From assembly GCA_947502305.1 (NCBI GenBank), contig CANMZA010000002.1, forward strand, positions 275,041-339,040: 64,000 bases of DNA, in the 5' to 3' direction. Below the pieces are notes generated by a model, which had not been told where the DNA came from, did no database searches, and saw nothing but the letters and a program-made list of their open reading frames with translations. This DNA is from an uncultured Erythrobacter sp. (GTDB lineage: Bacteria > Pseudomonadota > Alphaproteobacteria > Sphingomonadales > Sphingomonadaceae). Position numbers and translations under genes: made by a program. Shown here piece after piece: positions 49,154 through 58,138 of the stretch. Each line of letters begins with the position of its first letter. Within the stretch, counting starts at the first letter, position 1.

Positions 49154-50718
49154 CGCGTCTGCTGCCGTTCCGCCTGTTTCCCGCCAGCTTGTTGGGGCAG
49201 GTCATGCTCAGCGTCGCGCTGGCGCTGCTGGTGGCTCAGCTTGTGTCGGTGGTTTTGATATATCGCGCGGGCGAAGAGCGGCGCGAGGCGGCGATCATTA
49301 CCGCCGCCGCGTTTCAACTGGTAAACGGCGCGGAACGCGAAGAACGAAGCGCGGAATTGCGCGAAGCCCGCAGAGCCCGGCGCGAAGAGCGGCGCGGTAT
49401 TGGTCGAGGCGAAAGGGGCCCTGAAAGGCGGGCCGAAAGACGGGCTCAAAGAGAGGGCCGAGCACAGACCCAAAGAGAGGGCGACGGCAGCCGGCGACGC
49501 CTCATTCAAGACGCCGCTGGTCCGCAACCTGGTCGTGGCGGACTGCCACGCATCTTGCGTTATCACATGACACAAACCGCCCCCATTGCCGCTTCGGAGG
49601 TATCCAGCGACGACCCGCGTATCGAGAGGCTTCTCGAGATATTGACCGTGGAAGGCATTGATCCGCACGCGGTCGCCGTGACCGTTCGGCGTGCGGGTGA
49701 TGATCCCGTGCTTATGGATTTTGCCCAGACCCGCCCGCGTTTTCAAAGGCGCACAGAATGGCAGGCCCGCAACCTTTACGTCGTAGCCATTCAACGCGAG
49801 GCTGGCGGCGCGTGGGAAACGGCGCGCATTCTCGATCCTCAGCGCCGGCAGGCGGCCTTGGGGATTTTGCTGTTTCAAACTCTGGTGACATTCGCGTTTC
49901 TGATCGTGATCCTCTTTCTTGTTCTGCGCCGGATCACACGTCCGCTGGCGAGCCTGACCGAACGCGTCGGCGATTTTTCACGTCAGCCCGGAAAAGCCGT
50001 CTTGCTCGAAGAAAGCGGCCCATCGGACACGCGCAGATTGATCGCGGCGCATAATGCGATGGAGGCGCGGATTGCGGCGCTGCTGGATGAAAAAGACGTA
50101 ATGCTGGGCGCGATTGGTCATGATTTGAAAACGCCGCTCGCGGCTTTGCGGGTGCGGATTGAAAGCGTCGCTGACGATGCTCAGCGCAAAAAAATGGTCG
50201 GCAGCATAGAGGACATTACCGTTACGCTTGATGATATTTTGGCACTGGCCAGGGTTGGCCATGTCGCGGCGCAAGACCGCGAGCCGGTAGATTTGAGCGC
50301 GCTGGCCATGGGCGTGGTGGAAGAATTTGAAGATCTTGGCGAGCCTGTCGCCTTTACGAACGGATCGAATGGAAGCCGAGTGGTCGCCAAGATTCAAGAG
50401 ACATGGACCAAACGCGCGCTTCGCAACCTCGTCTCTAACGCCGTGCGATACGGTGAGGCGGCGGAGATTTCGGTGTTTGAAGAGGGCCGTCATGCGGTCT
50501 TGCGCGTCGATGATCGCGGCCCCGGTATCGCGCCTGAAGACATCGCCGCAATGCTAGAGCCTTTCACTCGCGGCGAAGCATCCCGGAACCGCGCGACTGG
50601 CGGGGCAGGGCTTGGTCTGACGCTAGCCCGCGCCATCGCGCAGCAGCATGGCGGTGAATTGTTCCTCGCCAATCGTAACGAAAGAGGTTTGCGCGCCGAA
50701 CTTAGGCTGCCGCTCTGA
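49150..50718 (+). CDS. sensor histidine kinase (HAMP-HisKA-HATPase_c), cognate to the upstream regulator
   Basis: 522 aa. The ATG overlaps the regulator stop (ATGA). Two TM segments flank a roughly 200-aa periplasmic region containing an Arg/Glu-rich stretch. H-box GAIGHDLKTPL. N, G1 (DDRGPGI) and G2 (GGAGLGL) boxes. Confidence 0.9.
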   Translation: MTRLLPFRLFPASLLGQVMLSVALALLVAQLVSVVLIYRAGEERREAAIITAAAFQLVNGAEREERSAELREARRARREERRGIGRGERGPERRAERRAQREGRAQTQREGDGSRRRLIQDAAGPQPGRGGLPRILRYHMTQTAPIAASEVSSDDPRIERLLEILTVEGIDPHAVAVTVRRAGDDPVLMDFAQTRPRFQRRTEWQARNLYVVAIQREAGGAWETARILDPQRRQAALGILLFQTLVTFAFLIVILFLVLRRITRPLASLTERVGDFSRQPGKAVLLEESGPSDTRRLIAAHNAMEARIAALLDEKDVMLGAIGHDLKTPLAALRVRIESVADDAQRKKMVGSIEDITVTLDDILALARVGHVAAQDREPVDLSALAMGVVEEFEDLGEPVAFTNGSNGSRVVAKIQETWTKRALRNLVSNAVRYGEAAEISVFEEGRHAVLRVDDRGPGIAPEDIAAMLEPFTRGEASRNRATGGAGLGLTLARAIAQQHGGELFLANRNERGLRAELRLPL

Positions 50719-50761
50719 AACGCCGCGTGTTAAGGGTTTGGCCAAACCGGGAGACACTAAA

Positions 50762-51850
50762 ATGACCGCAACAATGTATGGTGCGCCGCTGTCGCTTTAT
50801 TCGGGAAAGCTGCGCGCGTTCCTCGATTGGAAAAGTGCAGATTTCACCGAAGTTCTAGCCACGCCGGACATCCACCAAAACGAAATCATCCCTGCGGTCG
50901 GGCGTCCCGTTATCCCGGTCGTCAAACTGAATGATGGCACCATTCTGCAAGACACGACGGTCATTATCGACCATTTTGAAAACGCCCTGCCCGGCGCATC
51001 CGTCTATCCCGAAACTCCGCGCCAACATCTCGCCGCTTTGCTGCTGGAAACGTTTGGCGATGAATGGTTGGTAATCCCGGCCATGCATTATCGTTGGAAT
51101 TACAACGAAGAATGGGTCTACGGCGAATTTGGCAAAGTGGCGCTGCCCGGCGGTACAGAGGCAGAGCAATATGAAGCCGGCAAACAGCGCGGCGCGGCGT
51201 TTAAGGGCTTCGTCCCGATGCTGGGTATCAACGCCGAAACCATCCCGGCGATTGAGGCAAGTTATGAGGCTTTGCTCGCCGATTTGGACGCCCATTTTGC
51301 GGCGCATCCCTTTCTGCTCGGCACACGGCCCAGCATCGGGGATTTTGGCTTGATCGGGCCGCTCTATGCCCACAATTACCGCGACCCGGCGAGCGGAGAG
51401 ATCATGCGGCGGCTTGCGCCCAATGTGGCCAAATGGGTCGAACGGATGATCGCGCCGGAACCGCTTTCGGGCGCTTTCGAACAGAACGATAGGGTCCCCG
51501 AAACCGTGCTCCCGGTGCTGGCGCGGATGATGGCAGAACATCTGCCTTATCTCGCAAATGTCGCGCCGATGCTGCGCGACTGGGCCGGGGCGAATGAGGG
51601 GGTTGAGCTTCCGCGCGCGCTCGGCATGGCGCCCTTTGCGATAGAGGGCGCGGCGGGCGAGCGGCTCGCTCTGCCCTTCAGCCTATGGATGCTGCAACGC
51701 GCGCTGGATTATCTCGCCTCGCTCAGCGGTGATGACCGCACGGCCTGTGAGGCGATGCTGCGATCATGCGGCGGCGAGGCGCTTTTGACATTTGAAATGC
51801 CCGTCCGGCTTGTTTTTGAGAACCACAAATTGCGCGTAGATTCCGCCTAA
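50762..51850 (+). CDS. glutathione S-transferase-like family protein
   Basis: I start at ATG 50762 (GGGAGA upstream), giving 362 aa. N-terminal thioredoxin-like GST_N pattern ([15 protein letters not shown] ... [24 protein letters not shown]) and a helical C-terminal domain. Longer than classical GSTs. Confidence 0.62.
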   Translation: MTATMYGAPLSLYSGKLRAFLDWKSADFTEVLATPDIHQNEIIPAVGRPVIPVVKLNDGTILQDTTVIIDHFENALPGASVYPETPRQHLAALLLETFGDEWLVIPAMHYRWNYNEEWVYGEFGKVALPGGTEAEQYEAGKQRGAAFKGFVPMLGINAETIPAIEASYEALLADLDAHFAAHPFLLGTRPSIGDFGLIGPLYAHNYRDPASGEIMRRLAPNVAKWVERMIAPEPLSGAFEQNDRVPETVLPVLARMMAEHLPYLANVAPMLRDWAGANEGVELPRALGMAPFAIEGAAGERLALPFSLWMLQRALDYLASLSGDDRTACEAMLRSCGGEALLTFEMPVRLVFENHKLRVDSA

Positions 51851-53421
51851 CGCATCAATCCGCCGATCAAATTGCGCACAAATCGCCCGGCAATCGGTCC
51901 GGCCAAATCGGTCGCAATCGAACCTGCCGCCGATGTAATCCCTGACTTTACGGGGTTGGAGCGTGATTTTTTGCCAAGGACTGCTGCGGCTGCTGCGCCT
52001 GCCATGCCGCCAGCGGCGACCTTTGTGCCGCGTGACAGGGCTTTCTCCCACATGCTTTTGGTCTTGCGCGGGCGCTTGGCGACTTCTTCGCGCCCTTTCT
52101 CTTCGACCTCCTCGGCGGTGTCGGCGGCATCTTGTGATTTTGCGAGCAGGACTTCTTCCGCACTCTCGCGGTCGACGGCTGTGTCATATTTGCCGTCAAA
52201 CGGGCTGACGGATTGGATAATCGTGCGCTCTTTCGCGGTGACCGGGCCAAGGCGCGAACGCGGCGGTTTGATCAAAGTGCGCTGCACCACGGTTGGCGCG
52301 CCTTCTTCATCCAGTGTCGAAACCAGCGCCTCACCCACTTTCAGCTCAGTGATAACTTCTTCGGTATCCATATCCTTGTTGATACGGAATGTTTCCGCCG
52401 CCGCTTTGATCGCGCGTTGATCGCGTTTGGTGAAAGCCCGCAGAGCATGTTGCACCCGGTTGCCAAGCTGACCGGCGACTTCCTCGGGAATATCAATCGG
52501 ATTTTGCGTCACGAAGAACACGCCAACGCCCTTGGAACGGATCAGGCGCACGACCTGTTCGATCTTGTCCTGCAAGGCTTTGGGCGCGTCATCGAACAGC
52601 AAATGCGCCTCATCAAAGAAAAATACGAGGCTGGGTTTCTCTGGGTCGCCAACCTCCGGCAGACTCTCAAACAATTCCGCCAGCAGCCACAATAGGAAGG
52701 TCGCGTAGAGTTTGGGGCTGCGCATCAATTTGTCCGCCGCCAGCACATTCACATAGCCGCGTCCGTCCTCATCCACTTTGAGGAAATCGTCGATTTCAAG
52801 CGCCGGCTCGCCAAAGAAATGGTCCGCCCCTTGCGCCTCAAACGACAGCAATTGCCGCTGAATCGCGCCAACCGATTGTTTGGAGACATTGCCGTAAACG
52901 CCCGACAATTCTTTTGAATTTTCATAGGCCCATTGCAGCATTGATTGCAGATCGCCGAAATCGAGCAGCAACAACCCGTTTTCATCGGCGTGTTTGAAAA
53001 CAATCTGCAACACGCCTTCTTGTGTGTCATTCAGATCAAGCAAACGCGCGAGCAGCAGCGGGCCCATTTCTGAAATCGTAGTGCGGATCGGATGCCCTTG
53101 TTCACCAAACAGATCCCAGAAAATCACGGGATTATCCGAATAGGCATAATCATCCATGCCCAATTCTTTCGCGCGGCCTTCTAACTTGTCGGCGTGCTTA
53201 AACTTTGGCGATCCCGGCATCGCAATGCCTGACAAATCGCCCTTCACATCCGCGACGAATACCGGGACGCCATTGGCCGAAAAACTCTCCGCCAATCCCT
53301 GAAGCGTCACCGTTTTACCCGTGCCGGTCGCGCCCGCGATCAGGCCGTGCCGGTTCGCCCGGCTCAAGGCGAGGTTCTGATTTTCACCATTGCCGCCAAG
53401 GCCCAGAAAAATGTCGCTCAT
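51847..53421 (-). CDS. HerA-like / DUF853 (YjgR-type) P-loop NTPase
   Basis: I start at ATG 53421 (524 aa). Walker A GATGTGKT. Walker [12 protein letters not shown]. The long conserved body is typical of DUF853. Gly/Ala-rich C-terminal tail. Confidence 0.85.
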   Translation of the reverse strand: MSDIFLGLGGNGENQNLALSRANRHGLIAGATGTGKTVTLQGLAESFSANGVPVFVADVKGDLSGIAMPGSPKFKHADKLEGRAKELGMDDYAYSDNPVIFWDLFGEQGHPIRTTISEMGPLLLARLLDLNDTQEGVLQIVFKHADENGLLLLDFGDLQSMLQWAYENSKELSGVYGNVSKQSVGAIQRQLLSFEAQGADHFFGEPALEIDDFLKVDEDGRGYVNVLAADKLMRSPKLYATFLLWLLAELFESLPEVGDPEKPSLVFFFDEAHLLFDDAPKALQDKIEQVVRLIRSKGVGVFFVTQNPIDIPEEVAGQLGNRVQHALRAFTKRDQRAIKAAAETFRINKDMDTEEVITELKVGEALVSTLDEEGAPTVVQRTLIKPPRSRLGPVTAKERTIIQSVSPFDGKYDTAVDRESAEEVLLAKSQDAADTAEEVEEKGREEVAKRPRKTKSMWEKALSRGTKVAAGGMAGAAAAAVLGKKSRSNPVKSGITSAAGSIATDLAGPIAGRFVRNLIGGLMR

Positions 53422-53536
53422 TGCTCGCTTAATCCCGCTGGTTTTCGTGTTCGCTGCGGTGTGCAGAGCCAAAGGGCATGGGTCAAGTTTTCAGCATTCT
53501 TCTCGACTTGCACCCGCAATCCCGTAAAGCGAAAAG

Positions 53537-55399
53537 ATGGTTCAGGCCGCTACGACACAGATGTTTGTATTGCTGGACGATGCGCGCGCTCCTGATGGCG
53601 CGCGAGCCGGCGAAGCAGCGGATGCCTTGTTTTATGAGGCGCCGCGCGAAGTGTTTGTAGCGCACCGCCCGCAAGATGTTGCAAGCGTGTTGGAAGCGGC
53701 AGAGGCCGCGCGCGCAGCGGGCGGCAAAGAGCAATTGGAGCTCGCCGGATATATTGCTTATGAAGCAGGGTTAGCGCTGGAGTCGAAATTGGCGGCGCTT
53801 GCTGACGGGCGCAGCGGCGCGAATGGTCCGCTTGTGTGGCTTGGGCTGTTTGATCCGCCGACGCGGATTGCGGCCGCAAATGTGCCCCAATGGCTCGCCG
53901 CACGCAGCGACGGTAGCGCATCGCTCGGCCCGCTAGAGGCGCAGCTTTCGCCGGGCGGTTATGCCGCCGCCTTTGAAGCATTGCGCGAAGCGATCAGCGC
54001 GGGCGATATTTACCAAGCGAACCTAACTTTCCCGCTAGCAGGATCCTATCGCGGGGAGGAAACCGCCTTGTATGCCGCCATGCGATCTGCGGCGGGTGCA
54101 GGTTATGGCGGGATGCTCTTTGATGGGACGCATTGGCTGCTGAGTTTCTCGCCCGAATTGTTCGTTGCGCTTGAAGAGAACCAAGCCAAGGTCAAACCGA
54201 TGAAGGGCACACGCCCGCGCAGCGATGATCCCGTGACCGATGCCGCGCTTGCCGACGAACTGGCAAATTCGGTTAAAGATAAAGCCGAAAACCTGATGAT
54301 CGTCGATTTGATGCGCAATGATCTGTCGCGCGTCGGTGTGCCGGGCAGCGTCCGTGTCGATGCGCCGTTTTTGGTGGAAAGCTATCCGACGGTTCATCAA
54401 ATGGTCTCCAGCGTGCGCGCGCAATTGGGGCCGGGCAAAGGCGTGGCCGATTTGCTGCAGGCGATATTCCCCTGTGGCTCGATTACTGGCGCGCCAAAGA
54501 TCCGCGCGATGGAACTGATCCAAGAGACCGAACGCGATGCGCGCGGCGCTTATTGCGGGGCCATCGGGCGGATCGGCGCAGATGGCGGCGCGGCGTTTAA
54601 TGTGGCGATCCGAACATTGCGCCTGACACCGATAGAAAACGGCCAAGGCAGCGCAGTTTTGGGCGTCGGATCGGCAATTGTTGCCGATAGCGAGGCAATG
54701 GAGGAGCGGCGCGAATGCGAGGTAAAGGCGGGCTTTGCGCGGGCGTCATCGCCGGACCATTCAGCCGCAGCCTTTGACCTGATTGAAACGATGGCGTTCG
54801 ATCCAGAGGTCGGCATCGGTATGCTCGAATTGCATCTGACGCGGATGAAGAACAGCGCCGCGAAGCTCGGCTTCGAATTTGACCGCCACGCCGCACGCAA
54901 CCGTATTCAGGCGCTGTGTTTTGAGCTGGAGGAACCGGCAAAATTGCGCCTGCTAACAGCGCGCAGCGGCGCAACCGCGCTGGAGGCGGGGCCAATGCCT
55001 GCCCCTTTAAACACGCCCGTTTCCGCAATCGCTCTGCCCAATCCGCTTGATCCGTCCGATTGGCGGCTGGCGCATAAAACGTCGGATCGCGGATTTTACG
55101 AAGACGCGCTCAGCGCTGCTAAGGGGCTGGGCGGCGCAGAGGCCATTCTGGTGCGCCATGACGGCTTAGTGACAGAAGGCAGCTTCACAAATATCTTCGT
55201 CGAACGCGATGGCATGCTGCTGACCCCGCGGGCGGGGCTTGGCCTTTTGCCGGGGATTTTGCGCGAATATTTGATCGAAAAAGGCCGCGCGAAAGAGGCG
55301 GATCTGACGCTCGATGATCTGGCGGATGGATTTCAGCTCGGCAATGCGGTGCGCGGATTGTTTGCAGCGCGTCTGGTCGCCGGGGACGAGCTGGGCTAA
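53537..55399 (+). CDS. pabB: aminodeoxychorismate synthase component I fused to an aminotransferase class-IV (aminodeoxychorismate lyase-like) domain
   Basis: 620 aa. Chorismate-binding domain motifs (GDIYQANLT, KPMKGTRPR, NLMIVDLMRNDL, GSITGAPKIRAMELI, RGAYCGAIG). The C-terminal 170 or so aa (FDLIETM ... TEGSFTNIF ... LPGILR) look like a PabC/class-IV fold. Confidence 0.85.
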   Translation: MVQAATTQMFVLLDDARAPDGARAGEAADALFYEAPREVFVAHRPQDVASVLEAAEAARAAGGKEQLELAGYIAYEAGLALESKLAALADGRSGANGPLVWLGLFDPPTRIAAANVPQWLAARSDGSASLGPLEAQLSPGGYAAAFEALREAISAGDIYQANLTFPLAGSYRGEETALYAAMRSAAGAGYGGMLFDGTHWLLSFSPELFVALEENQAKVKPMKGTRPRSDDPVTDAALADELANSVKDKAENLMIVDLMRNDLSRVGVPGSVRVDAPFLVESYPTVHQMVSSVRAQLGPGKGVADLLQAIFPCGSITGAPKIRAMELIQETERDARGAYCGAIGRIGADGGAAFNVAIRTLRLTPIENGQGSAVLGVGSAIVADSEAMEERRECEVKAGFARASSPDHSAAAFDLIETMAFDPEVGIGMLELHLTRMKNSAAKLGFEFDRHAARNRIQALCFELEEPAKLRLLTARSGATALEAGPMPAPLNTPVSAIALPNPLDPSDWRLAHKTSDRGFYEDALSAAKGLGGAEAILVRHDGLVTEGSFTNIFVERDGMLLTPRAGLGLLPGILREYLIEKGRAKEADLTLDDLADGFQLGNAVRGLFAARLVAGDELG

Positions 55400-55444
55400 G
55401 ATGAAGATCAAACGCTCAAAACTGAGCGGCCCGGAGTACAGACA

Positions 55445-56212
55445 ATTCAAATCCCCATCCTCTTCGAAGACGGCGAAGCGCTCGTCATCAACAAGCCTGC
55501 TGGTCTGCCGGTGGATCGCCCAAAACGCGGCGGCCCAGCCCTGTGGGACCATATTGAGCAGCTGAAACTCGGCTTTCAACGCCCGCCAGTCGCGGTCCAC
55601 CGGCTTGATACAGACACCAGCGGTTGCCTGCTAATGGCGCGCAATCCGAAGGCTTTGAAACGGTTCAATAAGGCTTTTGAAGATCGACTGGTGGGCAAGA
55701 CCTATCTGGCGATCATCGATTTCGAACCGGCTGAGACGTCGGGGACGATTGAATTGTCGCTTTCCAAAATCAGCTCAGCGGAAAAAGGCTGGCGGATGAT
55801 TGCTGCGAAAAAGGGCAAGCCAGCGGTGTCGCATTGGGAATTGCTGGAAACGGTCGGAGAGGGCGACAAGAAACGCTCGCTGATCCGTTTTCGCCCCACC
55901 ACCGGACGCACGCATCAATTGCGTGTTCACGCGCTTCAAGGGCTGGGCACGGCTTTGCTGGGCGATCCCGTTTACGGGCCGGTCCGGGGCCAGAATAAGG
56001 GCGCGCCAAGGACGATGCTGCATGCCGAATCGATCACGGTGGAACGGGCTGGTAAGCCTGCCATCACAGCCTTTGCGCCCTTCCCAGAGGATTTTGTGCG
56101 CGCTGGATTGACCGCGCCGCAGCAGCCTGCGCCGCCTGAAAAGCCAGCGGGTCCCGCAAATCCTGACATTCCCCCGCAGGGTGATGCCCCTGAGCCGGAT
56201 AATGAACAATAA
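55445..56212 (+). CDS. RluA-family pseudouridine synthase (start codon unresolved)
   Basis: Catalytic motif HRLDTDTSG. The N-terminal motif ILFEDGEALVINKPAGLPV is encoded upstream of the first canonical in-frame start (GTG 55511). In that frame the only candidate is ATT 55445, 8 nt after GGAG. An ATG at 55401 lies in a different frame. Confidence 0.75.
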   Translation: MQIPILFEDGEALVINKPAGLPVDRPKRGGPALWDHIEQLKLGFQRPPVAVHRLDTDTSGCLLMARNPKALKRFNKAFEDRLVGKTYLAIIDFEPAETSGTIELSLSKISSAEKGWRMIAAKKGKPAVSHWELLETVGEGDKKRSLIRFRPTTGRTHQLRVHALQGLGTALLGDPVYGPVRGQNKGAPRTMLHAESITVERAGKPAITAFAPFPEDFVRAGLTAPQQPAPPEKPAGPANPDIPPQGDAPEPDNEQ

Positions 56213-56630
56213 CCTGCTAGAAGAGATAATCGCGCGGGCGCATAGTCTGGCAGAAGAAAGCTTTCTCGCCGGATCTGGCCCCGGCGGGCAAAACGCCAAC
56301 AAGGTTGCCACCGAAGTTCAATTGCGCGTTAACATCTACGCGCTGCGCCTGCCGCCGCCCATGTTCGCGCGGCTGCGTGAATTGGCCGGATCAAAGCTGA
56401 CCGCCGCTGGCGATTTGCTGATCACTGCGCGCGAACACCGCACGCAAGAGGCCAATCGCAGCGGCGCGCGGGCGAAGCTGGAAGGCATGCTGAAAGACGC
56501 GCATCACCAGCCTAAGAAACGCGCCAAAACTCGCATAAACCGCATCGGCAAAACCCAAAGATTGAAGGCAAAGAAGGCGCGCGGCGACGTGAAGTCCAAA
56601 CGCGGCAAAGTCAGCCGCTCAGATTGGTGA
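56202..56630 (+). CDS. arfB: alternative ribosome-rescue factor ArfB (peptidyl-tRNA hydrolase, YaeJ-like)
   Basis: 142 aa from ATG 56202 (11-nt overlap with the rluA-family stop). GGQ motif in GSGPGGQNANKV. Lys/Arg-rich C-terminal tail. Confidence 0.85.
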   Translation: MNNNLLEEIIARAHSLAEESFLAGSGPGGQNANKVATEVQLRVNIYALRLPPPMFARLRELAGSKLTAAGDLLITAREHRTQEANRSGARAKLEGMLKDAHHQPKKRAKTRINRIGKTQRLKAKKARGDVKSKRGKVSRSDW

Positions 56631-56760
56631 GCGCCGCAGAGCATTGGGACGAAGGCGGGCCGGCTGAGGAATAGTGGTCTGTCAGAGGCGGGCCGAGGGC
56701 AGGCCAGAGGCAGGAACGCTTGACTTTTGCCCGTGAATCGGGAAATGCGCGCGCTCTCAC

Positions 56761-56790
56761 GGCGGTGCTGTTTGCGCCGCCTTTTATTTT
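56761..56790 (+). terminator. rho-independent terminator downstream of arfB / upstream of rpmG
   Basis: GGCGGTGC-TGTT-TGCGCCGCC stem (one G-T pair), followed by TTTTATTTT. Confidence 0.5.
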
Positions 56791-56841
56791 CAGGTCCACG
56801 AACACAACGCTTGGACCATCAGCCGATCTTAGGAAACCGCC

Positions 56842-57009
56842 ATGGCGAAACCCGCAACCGTCAAGATCAAGCTCGTCTCGACCGAGGGTACGGGCTTTTA
56901 TTACACGACCAAAAAGAACCCACGCAACACCACCGAAAAAATGGTGTTTCGTAAGTACGACCCGGTCGCACGTAAGCATGTCGAATTCAAAGAAGCCAAG
57001 ATCAAGTAA
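56842..57009 (+). CDS. rpmG: 50S ribosomal protein L33
   Basis: Not in the ORF track (55 aa). Hand translation gives [59 protein letters not shown] lies 7 nt upstream. Confidence 0.95.
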   Translation: MAKPATVKIKLVSTEGTGFYYTTKKNPRNTTEKMVFRKYDPVARKHVEFKEAKIK

Positions 57010-57115
57010 GATCGCGGCCACTCTGGTCCGATTCGCGGCCTGAGCAGGCGGCCTGAACACGCAGGTCGCGCTTAATTCATCGACAGTTCAACGCTGGGCC
57101 TTTAGCTGAGCCGGT

Positions 57116-57799
57116 ATGAACATCATGACCAAACTTCGCCGCACTGGCTTTGCTCTCGCGACTGCGGGAACCCTTGCGCTTGGCCTATCGCTGGGATCGG
57201 CTTCGTTTGACAACGCGCCTTTTGCCCCGCCCGCCGCCGCACAAAGCAGCAATGCTGATCTCGACCGCGCGGTCGCTGCGCTGCGCGGCATTTCGACAAT
57301 GCGCGCCGATTTCACTCAGACCGACCGCGCTGGCAATGCCGCCCGCGGAACCATGACGCTGAAACGGCCGGGCAAAATCCGTTTTGATTATGGGCGCGAT
57401 GCCGACCTGTTGGTCGTGTCCAATGGCCGTTCGCTCTATATGGTCGATTACGAAGTCAATCAGGTCGAACGCTGGCCGATCCGCAGTTCGCCATTGGGCG
57501 CGCTGCTCGACCCTGACCGCGATGTCCGCCAGTTTGGCACGCTGCTTTCTAATGACAGTGCGAGCGTGGTCAGCATCGATGTCCGCGACCCGGATAAGCC
57601 AGAATTTGGCCGAATCATCATGAACCTTGTGCGCAACCCCAATGCGCCGGGCGGATTGCAATTGATGAACTGGGTCGCGCTGGACGCACAGAATCACCGG
57701 ACAACGGTGCGACTCACGAATCACCGCTATGGTTTGTCTGTTCCTGACAGCACCTTTCAATTCCGCGATCCGCGCCGCTCATCTCGTCGCCCGCGCTGA
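57116..57799 (+). CDS. lolA: outer-membrane lipoprotein carrier protein LolA
   Basis: 227 aa with a signal peptide. RADFTQTDRAGNAARGTMTLKRPGKIRFDY is the typical LolA pattern. Confidence 0.85.
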   Translation: MNIMTKLRRTGFALATAGTLALGLSLGSASFDNAPFAPPAAAQSSNADLDRAVAALRGISTMRADFTQTDRAGNAARGTMTLKRPGKIRFDYGRDADLLVVSNGRSLYMVDYEVNQVERWPIRSSPLGALLDPDRDVRQFGTLLSNDSASVVSIDVRDPDKPEFGRIIMNLVRNPNAPGGLQLMNWVALDAQNHRTTVRLTNHRYGLSVPDSTFQFRDPRRSSRRPR

Positions 57800-57979
57800 A
57801 CGGACTGACCTTCAAAAGTTGTAAGAATGCGACAAAACTAGGGCCGCGTTCATATAAGTGAAAGCCGAGAGCGACTAATTCTATTGAACAAGGCGGATGG
57901 AGCTGAGGGTTTCCCCCCTGTTGCCCTGGCTTCGCAAAGTCCACCTTGCACAAAAAGCGTGACGAACGCTCATATGGAA

Positions 57980-58014
57980 CCCCTGTGCCATCGCCCCCGG
58001 CACAGGGGTTTTTT
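57980..58014 (+). terminator. strong rho-independent terminator 180 nt downstream of lolA
   Basis: CCCCTGTGCC (57980-57989) pairs with GGCACAGGGG (57999-58008), with a 9-nt loop, followed by TTTTTT (58009-58014). Confidence 0.7.
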
Positions 58015-58138
58015 GATTCTCGCGCGGGATTTCTTGTTTACGCACTCTATCCGGGGCGCGATGTCCTCGCGCCTGCGGCGCTGCGGGCGGCCAGTCGGCC
58101 TTGCGGTCGCTGCGCGACCGAGCTCCGCCACCTAGTTT

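Noticed and set aside
56611-57060. 149-aa minus-strand ORF spanning the rpmG locus.
   Set aside because: The plus strand encodes an unmistakable ribosomal protein L33 with a proper SD. The minus ORF is a shadow.
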